Source of the DNA: an uncultured Clostridia bacterium
Lineage (GTDB): Bacteria > Bacillota > Clostridia > TANB77 > CAG-508
Direction of reading: 5' to 3'
DNA: 64,000 nucleotides
Assembly (NCBI GenBank): GCA_947581895.1
Contig: CANPWE010000001.1
Span: 7,689 to 71,688 of the forward strand
Shown: piece by piece, positions 15,901 to 22,000 of the stretch
Numbering within the stretch: position 1 is the first letter of the stretch
Layout of the letters: each line of letters opens with the position of its first letter
Made by a program: the position numbers and the translations under genes
Notes under the pieces: model-generated
Seen by the model: the letters and a program-made list of their open reading frames with translations, nothing else
What the model was told of the DNA's origin: nothing
Databases searched by the model: none

Positions 15901-18900
15901 GTTAAAACACCAAGTGATAAAACAATAATAAAATATAAAGTAAAAACAGAAACAGAAGAAGAAAAAGAATACACCATAATCTTAACTAAAAAATCTACTG
16001 ATAATAGTTTATTAAAGGTTAAGGTAAATGAAAAAGAAGCAATGCAAATAGATGAAAACAACTATGAAATTACAATAGAAGAATCAGAAGGAACAGCTAT
16101 AGTAGAGGCAATAGCAAAAGCAGATACAAGTAAGGTTTCAATAGACAAAGGAGAAGCAAAAACAGTAAGTAGCACAAAAACATTTCAAACAGATGGAAAA
16201 AAACTAATAGAAGTACTAATAACAGTAATAGCACAAAATGATAGTCAGCAAGAATATAAATTAATAATAAAAATTTTAAATAACAACAATGAAATTGAAT
16301 ATGTAAAAGTAAATAAAGAATATGTAAATTCAGAAGATGATGAAGTAACATATAAAACATTCATATCATCTCAAAGTGAAACTGCAGATATTGAAATAAA
16401 AGCAATAGAAGATACATCTAGTATAAAAATAATAAATACAGATGATATAGAAATTGTGGATGTATATAGTGAAGAATATAAAGGAATATCAAAGTTCACA
16501 GTAAAAACTCCTAATGAGGAAACTACAATAAAATACAGTATAACTTCAGAAATGGGAGAAGAAAAGCAATATACTATTATATTAACTAAAAAATCAGATG
16601 ATAATAGTTTAAAACAGTTATTAGTAGATGATGAAGAAGTGACACCTGATAAAGATGGAAGTTATCATATAGAGATAAATGATCCAAAACAAGTAAAAGT
16701 AAGAGCAATAGCAAATAGTAAATATGCACAAATAAGAATAAACTATGAAAATGATAGGACACAGGAAACAGAAGCTACAATAGAAGCGGATGTTTCACCA
16801 ACGAGGGTTACAATTACAGTAACAAGTCAATCAGGGAAAATAGCAAAATATTACTTATATATAAGAATCTTGACAGATAATACAGAATTAGACAAGGTAA
16901 TAGTAGATGGGAATGAAGTAACAAATTACGAGTATGAGACTAATACCTATACAGCTGTAGTAGATAATTCTAAAAATGAGTATAATGTATTTTTAATAGC
17001 AGTAAATGATGAGGCAACAGTAGAATTATTTGATGGAGGAGAGTCACTTGGAAGTGATACTGGAAACTTAACTGATCAGATTACACTAAATCCAGATGAA
17101 GAATCACATATTTATACAATAAAAGTATATTTAGATGATGAAAGATATACTGAATACACATTAGAAGTATTAAGAATATCTAGTGATTCAAGTCTAAAAA
17201 TAGTGGAAGTAGATAATATAGTAAGACAACCTAAACCAGATGATAAGAATACATATGAAGTTGGAATAGCCAAAAATGCAGAAACAGTAAAGATAAAAGT
17301 AGAAGCAACAAATAAATTTGCTACTGTACAAATAGCAGATTATGCAACAGTAAGAAGTGGAAACACAGTAACAAAGGATATAGAACTAGAATACAGCAGG
17401 ATTACTATACCAATTGTAGTAACAGCAATTGATGGTTCAACAGATACATTTAATATAATATTGATAAGATTATCAGATGATACAAGCTTACAGAAGGTAG
17501 TGGTAAATAATAAAGAAGTTCCAAATGTAAATAATGTATATACATATTATATGTCAGAGGAAGAATATAATGCTGATGTTGAAATATTTGCACAAGAAAA
17601 CAATAATGCAAAAATAGTTGTAGATAATTATGAAGGGGAAGGTTATTTACAATTTAATGAAATTTTTGATGAATACACATTAAAAGTAGAAAAGAAAATA
17701 AAGGTTACATCAGAAGACGGAACTAAAGAAGAAGAGTATACTTTAATATTATGTAAGAAGACGCAAATAAAAGGAAAGATTATAACAGATAATTTTGAAA
17801 ATAGACATATATCAAAAATTAGTCTATATAAAACTGAAGAACAAGAAATTCAAGAAAGTGAAGAAAGCAAAGAAAAACAAGAAGTTGAAGAAAATACAGA
17901 AGAAATGCAAACAAAGGAAAATTTAGTTAAAGAAATACAAACACAAGAAGATGGAAGTTTTGAAATAGACATAGAAAAAGTGGGAGAATATAGAATAGTT
18001 GTAACAAAATTAGGATACTTGAACTATGAAGTAACAAATATTGATATAAAACCTGGATTAATAGTAGATTTAGGAGAATATAAGTTATCTGCTGGTGATG
18101 TTATTGTAACTGGAGAGATTGAAATAGATGATTTAGTATCTATGAATAATAATTTTGAAGTTCAAATAACAGATGATAATAAAATTTGTGATCTAAATGA
18201 AGATGGTGTAATAGATTCAAAAGATAGAGATATTTTGCAAAAAAATTACAGTAAGATGGAGGAAATATTAGTTTGGGTTAATCCTAATGCTCCTAAAGCA
18301 GAAAAACAATTAGAAACAGTAATAGAAGATAAACAAGAGTTAAGGTTAGAATTAGAGTCAAAACAAAAATCAAGCCAAGAGTTAAACTTAAATTCTAATA
18401 ATCAAAATGTGATGAATAATGAATTAAAGGATATTAACAGTACAGGAACAACAAATCAGCAGCAAATACAGGAAAACAAGCTAATACTACCTATATCATG
18501 TAATTACAAAATAACATCAGATTATGGCTATAGACAGAGTCCAATAACAGGAAAAAGCGAAAAACATTGTGGAATAGATTTATCAGGAGATTGGCATACA
18601 GAAATACATTCAATAGCAGATGGTGAAGTAACATGGGCAGGAGTAAAAAACAGCTATGGAAATTGTATAGAAATTAAACATGTTGTTAATGGGGAAACAA
18701 TATATAGTTTCTATGCACACTTATCAAGAATAGATGTAAAAGCAGGTCAAAAGGTTAAACAAGGAGATGTGATAGCATTAGAAGGAGGACAGCCTAATGT
18801 AGATCCTAATACTGGGGATACTACAGGACATCATTTACATTTTGAAATTAGAACAAAGAGTGGTTATGGTAATGATGTAGATCCAAATTTATATTTCGAC

Positions 18901-18906
18901 TTCTAA
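934..18906 (+). CDS. giant (5,990 aa) secreted multidomain protein: signal-anchor, 2x GLUG head, 5x RCC1 propeller/Big_2, cadherin-like array, CarboxypepD_reg-like, dockerin, M23 peptidase
   Basis: Uninterrupted 17,973-nt ORF. ATG 934 is preceded by AAGGTGA (921-927); stop TAA. N-terminus MKLSKKLKRQLKKRLLICMSSITFVLMLIAGG is a basic stretch plus a hydrophobic helix. Domains were called from motifs read in the translation; see sub-features. Confidence 0.92.
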   Translation: MKLSKKLKRQLKKRLLICMSSITFVLMLIAGGKLAGIPMLENYFGGVQEKVLNVSPINGYDVTIKDNISIESLENEQNLTNSQDVQEQINIVPESTQILDIQNIETSNELSNTKSMFIDNKLSNTDTITYIYDAQDLVNFRNSVNNGDTYLGETVYLMNNIDMSTVCSVTTGSFTPIGATGTNFAGTFNGNYHEISNLYISSNEYPSLGLFVQIQNTAIIENLVMKNLYIYNNYNTNNSYTCAGGIVGTNNGKIINCGVESGSVAAYRTVSYSGRWLNAIAGGIAGNSNNAEINSCYNKAKITGSNNKVNYLGSLVGGIVGDVGAANKVINCYNVGTVEATGYAVILGGIVGDAGNSKGATVVNSYNRGTLTNKGAGQNPFIAGIVARGNNTKPSNSYCITGNNHAYYSTTSSSSANNTGMVAAANIQTYTATLGSAFAYDIYNKNDNYPVLSWQNETTVMNLNKNQAYIKINEELHLNVVEDDKVKQILGKSYQASDFKWTSTNEDVATVNENGVVRGLSDGYTTIYAHHEESGLYAMCVINVAKDFTAPQIATGNGFTVILKSDGTVVTIGNNEKGTLGNGTTESSKEAVNVRIDIDTELKNIVKIAVGSNHVLALASDGKVYAWGANNVGQLGQNNTDDQVYAKLVLGEEGSSYLTNIVDIDAGATGSIALDKNGNVYVWGNGINGEIGDSAKLSKSLPVKVEKVKHAIQVQMGNGHVGALTSEGVEWSWGLNTNGQLGINCTVSTSWPMKTALDITELSLGAAHTTVKNIDGNLYAVGACSNGRLGTTGTTNQTKYIEISLPEEIRNNQIKYVKSGMMNTTILLKNGSVWETGFNLQGELGIGTDGSAATSTTFIQGLTNESTPIENVLTIGKNLGNVAGSATAGYGLNTAVILKNGDVYTTGDNTYGQIGNNSTASKSYYTKMGYAYLDYEDKAVEVDEQGYQIDLNKLKYIQQALNVYNQEVLLKVGDKIKYTLLDDTLATLDENGKITPKKGVTGITRIKIEDLANNYETYFTIIINKLKNTDTVTYIYTSEDMVNFKNSVNSGDDYTGKTVYVMADIDMSNVCSESIGSWEPIGINTYFAGTFDGNYHKVRNLYINSNAYPYLGLFTQTKSTSIIKNLILEDLYVYSNYNTSSNSNTVGGIVGNNTGKIINCGVESGSVTSYRSIYVNGKWLNIHIGGIAGNSSGEINSCYNKASISGTNNKSKFYLGCLVGGIVGNASGTNKVINCYNIANLYGTGYALILGGIVGDAANSQSTTVSNCYNIGSLTNGGGTNVNIAGLVARGNNTRPTNSYCINGNTHAYYPNMSSSSYVNTGMVQKENLKNYSTTLGLAYEKDDWEINEEYPILWWEAPSVELSHKQVYIEENEELKLNIIVNETVDKILERKVSVQDFDWKSTNEDIATVNEDAKITGVSEGYTTIYGHHKEKDLYAMCVVYVSAKGKQATPQIETGENFTAILKPDGTVWTIGNNEKGQLGDGTNEERIEAVQVKTSDGKGLTGIIKISVGTNHVLALTDNGEIYAWGANDYGQLGINNTESSNYAVKVLGEGGSSILDRIIDISAGAYGSSAINEFGWVYVWGNGTYGEMGNATTISNSTPTKTTVNNGISVSTGSGHNVALAQSGRIYTWGRNTYGELGIGNTANNTTVLKVADKATEISAAGYETVVKDIDKKVYVAGLNTSGQLGLGTYTNVTKLTETKLPEENSIPEGTDPQEETINNDVKYVKAGSGSITIQLKNGEIYTIGINTKGELGVGTNTNETKFVRGKIIEKNEDEIEEVVELENTLIIGRSNGENTSLDIATINENGRVYTAGANTNGQIGDNTKNDTNYFTKMGYVKVNYPEKIEMKVGDIKHFTEEDIQYKEIYFNINKEDVIKKTLINNGIIQDEEIATYETGTVTAKTVGNTILIIKKEETKTLVYIPVKVLPQNTEGTVVPDVKTGDNFTISLKSDGTIWSFGTNTNGELGLGDKTYRNSPKQVKILKEESTQNIEEIENIDETVESEGQVESEKTEKLEIIEQIAVGNSHVIVLTEDGKVYTWGLNSSGQLGNGTKTNSYIPQEVQMPEGKELVKVIQDTVIKIIANKNVSYAITQQGKVYAWGEGYGTKPTLLEKTIEKTIEVEEEKQDKTEKLEINLIDLSNNYMLDIEGNVYSKNTGNKLEIEEKIKQISEGTNHTLFLSKTGKGYSIGQNAYGQLGNGDYSASENNVVKIKSIEGSTELQNIIKLEAGDGYSVAILKDGKLLEWGANRAGQLGIEQSKVEETCNIKENEHVSSLVEETKQKLMIMDAGGDHVAIALTDGNVYTWGLNTDGELGNATNDNSIVPQLVGKNIVETNINNLILSENETFDINANTTYFNLLQEIGNEIEYESKDTQVITVNNKTGEATAVRQGKTIIVAKEKDTDNMSVIQVRVLPDGIEIEQEPEPEPGQTEHKKIKIEPEVVTNGSHTVTLKVDGTVWCYGNNSNGELGNETTKYSDEPVQAIFPEGTIIIQISAGENFSLALDSEGHVWAWGANDYYQLGSTIKGYINKPTKVQGLERITKISAGSYSALAIDENKEVYGWGLNSNGELGIGSYTNKVSIPTKAKYISDIIDIEIGKNHAIALKTTGEVYVTGLNMYGQLGSGNTTIKKVSHFTKVESLKEVGRIGTTESGNIIATVDGEVYTWGLNIYGELGLGDKTNRSTPEKVVELQNIVDIDGGKNHAIALDRQGKVYLAGSNRYGQLGNGTIEDNTQFGEIQIKDIMTVSAGNTYTAMAKTDGTVWGNGDYNHGDTTLKSKTNSLVPMQVGNDTFGLGVIKVTVKKEETVNITKNIAFSFNLMFLNKNNVEDIEYTSLNEEIAIVDEEGNVTGKKEGFTWVKATEADGKEHVVGVYVIDKESEYAPEVSAGEDFATVLKSEGTIWTFGHNNNGELGIGSNKTKDIPERTNVNASYSESNSGNSFTIALRKDGTVWSFGKNNYGQLGTGNTNNLLSPMQISGIGDIVQIAVGKEHVVAMDSYGILYGWGRNIEQQLGIKGTMIVSPTVIPYTEGTISSVWAGENETVIINTQGKVYGYGSLLKGELKGIDNAVKVSIGKGYMLILTTSGEVYKYDGKLVKVNGLSEIVDIDVTGKNNIAQTKNEEVYTWVDENVPVKDELENIYTIGVGVNNYYVILTDGTVYAKGNNKYGQLGNSTRIDSEKFTLIGDRQFNIDPETATMKVGDIENIDIQGNPFNVFNFNKLSSNEYTFVSDEENVVSVESGKLKAVAEGTAHITITDKVTGEQITITRIVIAQEEDRILEIKVDDTLANLAKDSTKEKMKYEVKVVTDKNTGLLQIKTKEATDRIKINDSEWQENGTFSQEVSLESKTTEFTITVGVKNNENNYPVEYTYTLIVEKISDDIQLDKITVTSTDDEGNTSKLQAIPISTTKYEVIVDEPTQISEVEAVARSEYSFVSIDGLEYSKHTQKTNIDMENSTSKEIIILVKSEAETEVEYTLIINKKNEAMNLSSLKVNDKEARKVSETMYVASVKKDCDLATIEANVVSNLANISIANKDYELSTSTRQVKINSNVTQVSIKVMLQEDIKEYTLYIYKTDEEIEESLQLEVLLVNGVLIEPEEENGKYVVYLPSVETEATIKAIAKESTTLVNIDNQGDEEGDSERKVEITEDENEYTVKLTNTSKDSKEYKVIIRKAEKDTTLDKIYVTKEDLQVQAELQDDGTYLVKLPLGFEDAYVTAVARYPKAKVQVNQTGKYVIKQDTQNVKLQDTITQVIIKVESDDGTNENSYILNIVKKSNNADLNYIEVNEKRATLQDDGTYLINLSEALTEVNVKAQAKDENADIKIDGYEFNKQTTTETVKIDSKETICTIYVKAEDGTVKKYTLRISGLPDDSTLQSVTVNGIEAKYIEGENKYEIRSEETNFNIVATATDNLAKVSLNENKEDIGSSTITVTKENEVTIVKIKVTAQDGIDSTEYILEIKEKSNDTALQSVVVNGQQATINSEGNYIASIKGNEDNAIIVINANDSFATVYLDEDTQNESNLTITKTITQKETKYTIKVEAEDGTEQTYKLIITKLSSNIEIKKLSVTMKIEKVSEGESEDVTEESTQEGSKELQTEEKTVVLEPLEDGNYYLKIERVDNVDVKAILEDNAASVKIRNSNFVLAENSQTINTVSEITNVIITVKAEDGTIKTYTLILEKKSNDTSIKSIESEDLVNIEEQKVYVDEELESIDLKIVTNSELAYIKEQKDEDNNYKLHEITVHVDLTEELIPDEENQLDEGIPVKVVVKAEDGTIEEHTIKIIKFGNTNLVKVKVQDEEVQNKNNIYDAVINVAETAKVEINAENKNATIQIIKVTENDDGEQTEEIIAESEEPGKLLKEDLPLEDDPQYYKIRVISAKESSIFDYDLIIELKSIETGIEYVKVDETNATVINDVYTSIVSKKDTYPLQIRLTDEKAEVKISYTYHNGEIEYEGEYQQGKLEEEVPVYEGETLEVTITVKAENGNTKTYTLNIKRISDNTDLEYVKVEGETVTNYDEDTKTYSITVDNKLQNAEIEVKAISEKAKVRIESEVQTQIVDMQVSLDGPGTEKMLTVTVTAEDGTNKEYYIRIIQLKENISLQSVMVNDKEATRIDIYTYEAIITDKEEIATIIATAQKDTSTVSINGEQENIQTSTKQIEVNGKRIIEVPIIVKADDETQQTYNLTIIVQDTNNEVEYVKVNDEDIEPDKEKITLEEESSSEEYKTIYKAVIKDDSEIQNIEIKAKSIYSLIEITNGDQLDLVEDIDVSSDENQLVSASGKLEISLKTPDNVTVIEFTVISEAGEEQNFTIILTKESADNSLLEVNVNGEKATKVDTNKYEITIKDTTGVAEIEAIAKAVTSTVSIDNEIANEAKGIKSILINGEKTINVKIVVKSKIGVEQTYDLTITVIEANTKLEYVKVNGSKIDPEQDGVTYKELIEDESEDASIEIKLEGYHANIEITNKEDIQITNQDGTEISEETLIGNTLSFKVKTPSDKTIIKYKVKTETEEEKEYTIILTKKSTDNSLLKVKVNEKEAMQIDENNYEITIEESEGTAIVEAIAKADTSKVSIDKGEAKTVSSTKTFQTDGKKLIEVLITVIAQNDSQQEYKLIIKILNNNNEIEYVKVNKEYVNSEDDEVTYKTFISSQSETADIEIKAIEDTSSIKIINTDDIEIVDVYSEEYKGISKFTVKTPNEETTIKYSITSEMGEEKQYTIILTKKSDDNSLKQLLVDDEEVTPDKDGSYHIEINDPKQVKVRAIANSKYAQIRINYENDRTQETEATIEADVSPTRVTITVTSQSGKIAKYYLYIRILTDNTELDKVIVDGNEVTNYEYETNTYTAVVDNSKNEYNVFLIAVNDEATVELFDGGESLGSDTGNLTDQITLNPDEESHIYTIKVYLDDERYTEYTLEVLRISSDSSLKIVEVDNIVRQPKPDDKNTYEVGIAKNAETVKIKVEATNKFATVQIADYATVRSGNTVTKDIELEYSRITIPIVVTAIDGSTDTFNIILIRLSDDTSLQKVVVNNKEVPNVNNVYTYYMSEEEYNADVEIFAQENNNAKIVVDNYEGEGYLQFNEIFDEYTLKVEKKIKVTSEDGTKEEEYTLILCKKTQIKGKIITDNFENRHISKISLYKTEEQEIQESEESKEKQEVEENTEEMQTKENLVKEIQTQEDGSFEIDIEKVGEYRIVVTKLGYLNYEVTNIDIKPGLIVDLGEYKLSAGDVIVTGEIEIDDLVSMNNNFEVQITDDNKICDLNEDGVIDSKDRDILQKNYSKMEEILVWVNPNAPKAEKQLETVIEDKQELRLELESKQKSSQELNLNSNNQNVMNNELKDINSTGTTNQQQIQENKLILPISCNYKITSDYGYRQSPITGKSEKHCGIDLSGDWHTEIHSIADGEVTWAGVKNSYGNCIEIKHVVNGETIYSFYAHLSRIDVKAGQKVKQGDVIALEGGQPNVDPNTGDTTGHHLHFEIRTKSGYGNDVDPNLYFDF
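1306..2310 (+). other. GLUG-motif head module 1 (domain of giant 1)
   Basis: Repeated GG(I/L)(V/A)G motifs alternate with INCxxxG/INSCYN turns: AGGIVGTNNGKIINCG, IAGGIAGNSNNAEINSCYN, LVGGIVGDVG..VINCYN, ILGGIVGDAGN. This is typical of GLUG repeats in IgA-protease-like and large Firmicute surface proteins. Confidence 0.6.
2581..10500 (+). repeat. five RCC1 beta-propeller blade arrays separated by Big_2-like Ig domains (giant 1)
   Basis: Recurrent ~50-55-aa blades carry the signature GxNxxGQLG plus 'G.VY.WG'. Blocks lie at about 2581-3720, 5281-6455, 6751-7935, 8251-9310 and 9581-10500. Between them are Big_2-like units such as 'DFKWTSTNEDVATVNENGVVRGLSDGYTTIY'. GLUG module 2 (4018-5010) is nested in this span. 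Confidence 0.8.
4018..5010 (+). other. GLUG-motif head module 2 (internal duplicate of 1306-2310)
   Basis: Same motif order as module 1 (TVTYIYTSEDMVNFKNSVNSGDDYTGKTVYVM ... VGGIVGNNTGKIINCG ... ILGGIVGDAANS ... EYPILWWE). It is part of a ~2.7-kb super-repeat: head, Big_2, RCC1 block, Ig-like domain. Confidence 0.6.
10771..17760 (+). repeat. array of cadherin-like beta-sandwich repeats (about 27 units by length) forming a stalk (giant 1)
   Basis: Units of ~85 aa share one pattern. Each opens with 'L..(I/L/V)(K/T)V(N/D)(G/D/N)..(A/V)....(D/E)G.Y', has a middle '(A/V).(A/V)....A.V.I', and ends '(T/K)I.V.(A/S)EDG....YTL.I.(K/R)'. This matches the Cadherin-like family (PF12733) typical of clostridial surface proteins. 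Confidence 0.75.
18091..18255 (+). other. dockerin-like module (preceded by a CarboxypepD_reg-like beta-sandwich at ~17764-18075)
   Basis: AGDVIVTGEIEIDDLVSMNNNF ... CDLNEDGVIDSKDRDILQKNY gives two EF-hand-like segments. The second fits the type-I dockerin DxNxDGxxxxxD pattern; the first is degenerate. Upstream, IKGKIITDNFENRH...EDGSFEIDIEKVGEYRIVVTKLGYL fits the CarboxypepD_reg fold. Confidence 0.6.
18478..18903 (+). other. C-terminal M23 (LytM-type) metallopeptidase domain of giant 1
   Basis: YGYRQSPITGKSEKHCGIDL (HxxxD), YAHLSRIDVKAGQKVKQGDVIALEG, and TGHHLHFEIR (HxH). All Zn-ligand motifs are intact. Confidence 0.88.
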
Positions 18907-19037
18907 AAGATAGTTATTAGGCTTAGAGAGTATAGAGTAAGTATCATGTATTGAGAGTTAATAAAAATTATATAATTAACATGAATACAGAGAAAATGAT
19001 AAAAAAATTTATATTAAATATGTGAGGTGATGCAAAA

Positions 19038-22000
19038 ATGAAATTATCTAAAAAATATATTAAGACGATTAAAAGAAATAATCTTATTATTTTAGTAGTA
19101 ATTACTACTGCTATGTTAACACTTGCAATGTTAAAATTAGAGGGATTTTGCATCCCTATAAATATATTTAATACACAAAGTAATGAAAAATATATAGAAA
19201 TAGATAGTAAAGTAAATCAAATAAACACAGAAACTCAAATAAGTACAACAGATACTCGGTGATACTGTAATAGAATGTAGTAGTATAGTTCAAGGTATAA
19301 GAGATATTAATTTAGATGATGGAGATTATATTTTAAGAGTAACAGGTAATAATAATGGAACAACTGAAACTATTGATTATCCTATAGAACTTAAAAACTT
19401 TAAAGAGGATGTTCATTATTCATTATCAGATGGAGAAATATCTAAAACTATTTCATTGGGTGATGAAACAACAAAGTATAAAATGTTAGTCGTAAAATAT
19501 TATGGAAATCTAATTATAGATGAAGGTGTTACACTTACTGCAACATGTGTAGATAATTTAACATATAAAAAAGGTATGTACATATGTGTTTTAGGTGACA
19601 TAAAAAATAAAGGAACAATAACTATGACTGCAAGAGGTACATACAATCAGCAAGGAGAAAATGTATACCTATGGAAAAATACAAATAATACTTATGAATA
19701 TGTACCATCAGTTGGTGGAGAAGGAGGAAATTCAGTATCATTTAGTTGGTCTAGAACCAGTAGTAGTGATGTTAGTTATAATGGAGTTAGTGGAAGTAGT
19801 GGAACAATAGATAGAGCAACTGGAGGTGGAGGTTCTGGAGCACTTCATGTAAGAAGAGCAGACTATTCTTCTGGTACCAGATATTCAGGAGCAGGTTCAG
19901 CAGGAACATCATATTCTGGAGGAACTGGTGGTGGAGGAATAAATACAAACTCTGGAGGAACTCAAAGGGCAGGAGATGGTGCAGCAAATGGTGGTGCTGG
20001 AGGAAATTCATATGTATATAGAGGACAAACCAGATGGGCAACTAGACATGCTGGTGGAGGAGCTGGAAATACTGGAGGAATTGGTTACATAACTAAAAGT
20101 GGTTCTAAAGTTGGTACAGCTGATACAAGTTATTATGGAAATAATGGAACAGGTGGGTTATTAATAATATATGCTAATGATTTGTATAATGGAGGATTAA
20201 TAACTTCTAATGGTTCTAATGGAGGAACAGGAACTTCTGGAGGGGGGTCTTCTGGAGGAGGAAGTATTAATGTTTTTGCTAATAATATTTCGAACTATGG
20301 AGACTCAAGTGCCTCAGGAGGTAGCATAATTGCAAGAGCTGGTGCTGGTGGAGATGGAGATGTTACTTTAACTGAAGTTAAACCTGACTTAAATTATCCT
20401 GAAAAATATATAAAACTAAATGTTGGAACAACATATAAATTAGATAAAAACAATTTAACATATATAAATCAAAATGATTTACAAACAGGTATACTGTCAA
20501 TTGGTGATATAGAATTTTCAACATTAGATAATTCAATTGCAACAGTAGATAATACTGGAAAAATAAATGCGATTTCAGAAGGTATAACAAAAGTAAAAAT
20601 TAAAGACACTACTAACAATATAGATATATATGTGTTTGTAGAAGTTATAAGAAATACAAAAGTAGATATTCAAGAAGGTAAAAATTTTACAGTAGCATTA
20701 AAGCAAAATGGTACTGTTTGGAGTTATGGACTAAATGATAAAGGACAACTAGGAATTGGAAATAATGACAACCAACTAAAACCAACTCAAATTACTAGTC
20801 TAAGTGAAATAGAACAAATTTCTACAGGATATTCACATACACTAGCTTTAACTAAAAGTGGTGAAGTATATAGTTGGGGTGCAGGTGAACAAGGACAATT
20901 AGGCAATGGATATGATGAAGATAGCAATATACCTATAAAAATAGAAGAATTAAAAAATATAGTTAAAGTAGATGCATATAAAAATATGAGTATTGCTCTT
21001 GGACAAGATGGAACGGTATATGTTTGGGGAGAATCATATTCTAGTATTCCAATGAAAAAAATCTTTTTAGAACATATAATTGATATATCAGGTAATTTAT
21101 TACTATCTGATAAAGGACAAGTATACACTCTTTCAGATGAAATTTTAAGAATAGAAGGATTATCAGATGTTGTTAAAATTTCATGTGGTGGAACACATAA
21201 TTTAGCCCTAACATCTCATGGATTAGTATTTGCATGGGGAGCAAATACATATGGAGAGTGTGGAGTTAACAAAACAGGAAATATTGAGAATAAGGCAATT
21301 ATGTATGATATCTTGGAAATTTCAGCAGGTAATAATATTAGTATTTTACGTGGGGAAAATGGTGAAATTTATACATTTGGTAATAATGAAAATGGACAAA
21401 TTGGATTAGGAGATGTATCTGAACAATCTAGTATAACTAAATTAGAAATAGATAAAAGTATAGAAGCTATTTCTGCTGGTGAAGGAACTCATAGTGGATT
21501 AATTGCAAAAGATGGATTTGTATTGAATACAGGAACAAACACTAATGGAGAACTAGGAACAGAAGATAATGTTAATAAAAATACATACTCACAAATTGGT
21601 AAAACAGTAGTAACTACTAATTTTGAACAGAAATTCTTAGATATTAATGAAACTGTTACTATAATACCACGATTAGAAAATACTTTTAATCTAAAAGTTG
21701 ATTTAATAGATGATAACCCAAATAATTTCGAAGTTACATTATCAGAAACTGAAAAATTAAAACTAAATGATAAAACTGTTACAGGTATAGATTATTGCAC
21801 AGGTATTGCTAATGTTAAACATAAGCAAACTGAAGTGTCAAAAGATGTAAAGATAATAGTAGCAATGAAAATGGAAAGTATAGTACAAGGTTTCAGAGAT
21901 ATTAATTTAGAAGATGGAGATTATAGTGTGGTTGTAAATGACCAATTATATAATGTTGAATTAATTAATTATGAAGAAGATATGGTATACTCAGAAAGCG

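Noticed and set aside
10771-17760. Regular ~255-nt periodicity (and ~160-nt periodicity at 2581-10500) as a CRISPR array or non-coding satellite.
   Set aside because: The periodicity is at the protein-domain level (cadherin-like and RCC1 units). The units are diverged in DNA sequence, lie in one continuous ORF, and have no short exact repeats with unique spacers.
19456-19458. ORF-track start positions 19456 (TTG), 36502, 38070, 46924 and 55132 as genuine translation starts.
   Set aside because: None has an SD. All lie inside conserved domain sequence, and clearly homologous coding sequence extends upstream of them in the same frame. The upstream leader ORFs supply the missing SD, start codon and signal peptide.
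19483-20380. Glycine-rich modules as RTX-type Ca-binding nonapeptide repeats (GGxGxDxUx).
   Set aside because: The Gly runs (TGGGGSGG, SYSGGxGGGG, GGAGGN) have no nonapeptide periodicity and lack the conserved Asp. No type I secretion signal or partner genes are visible.
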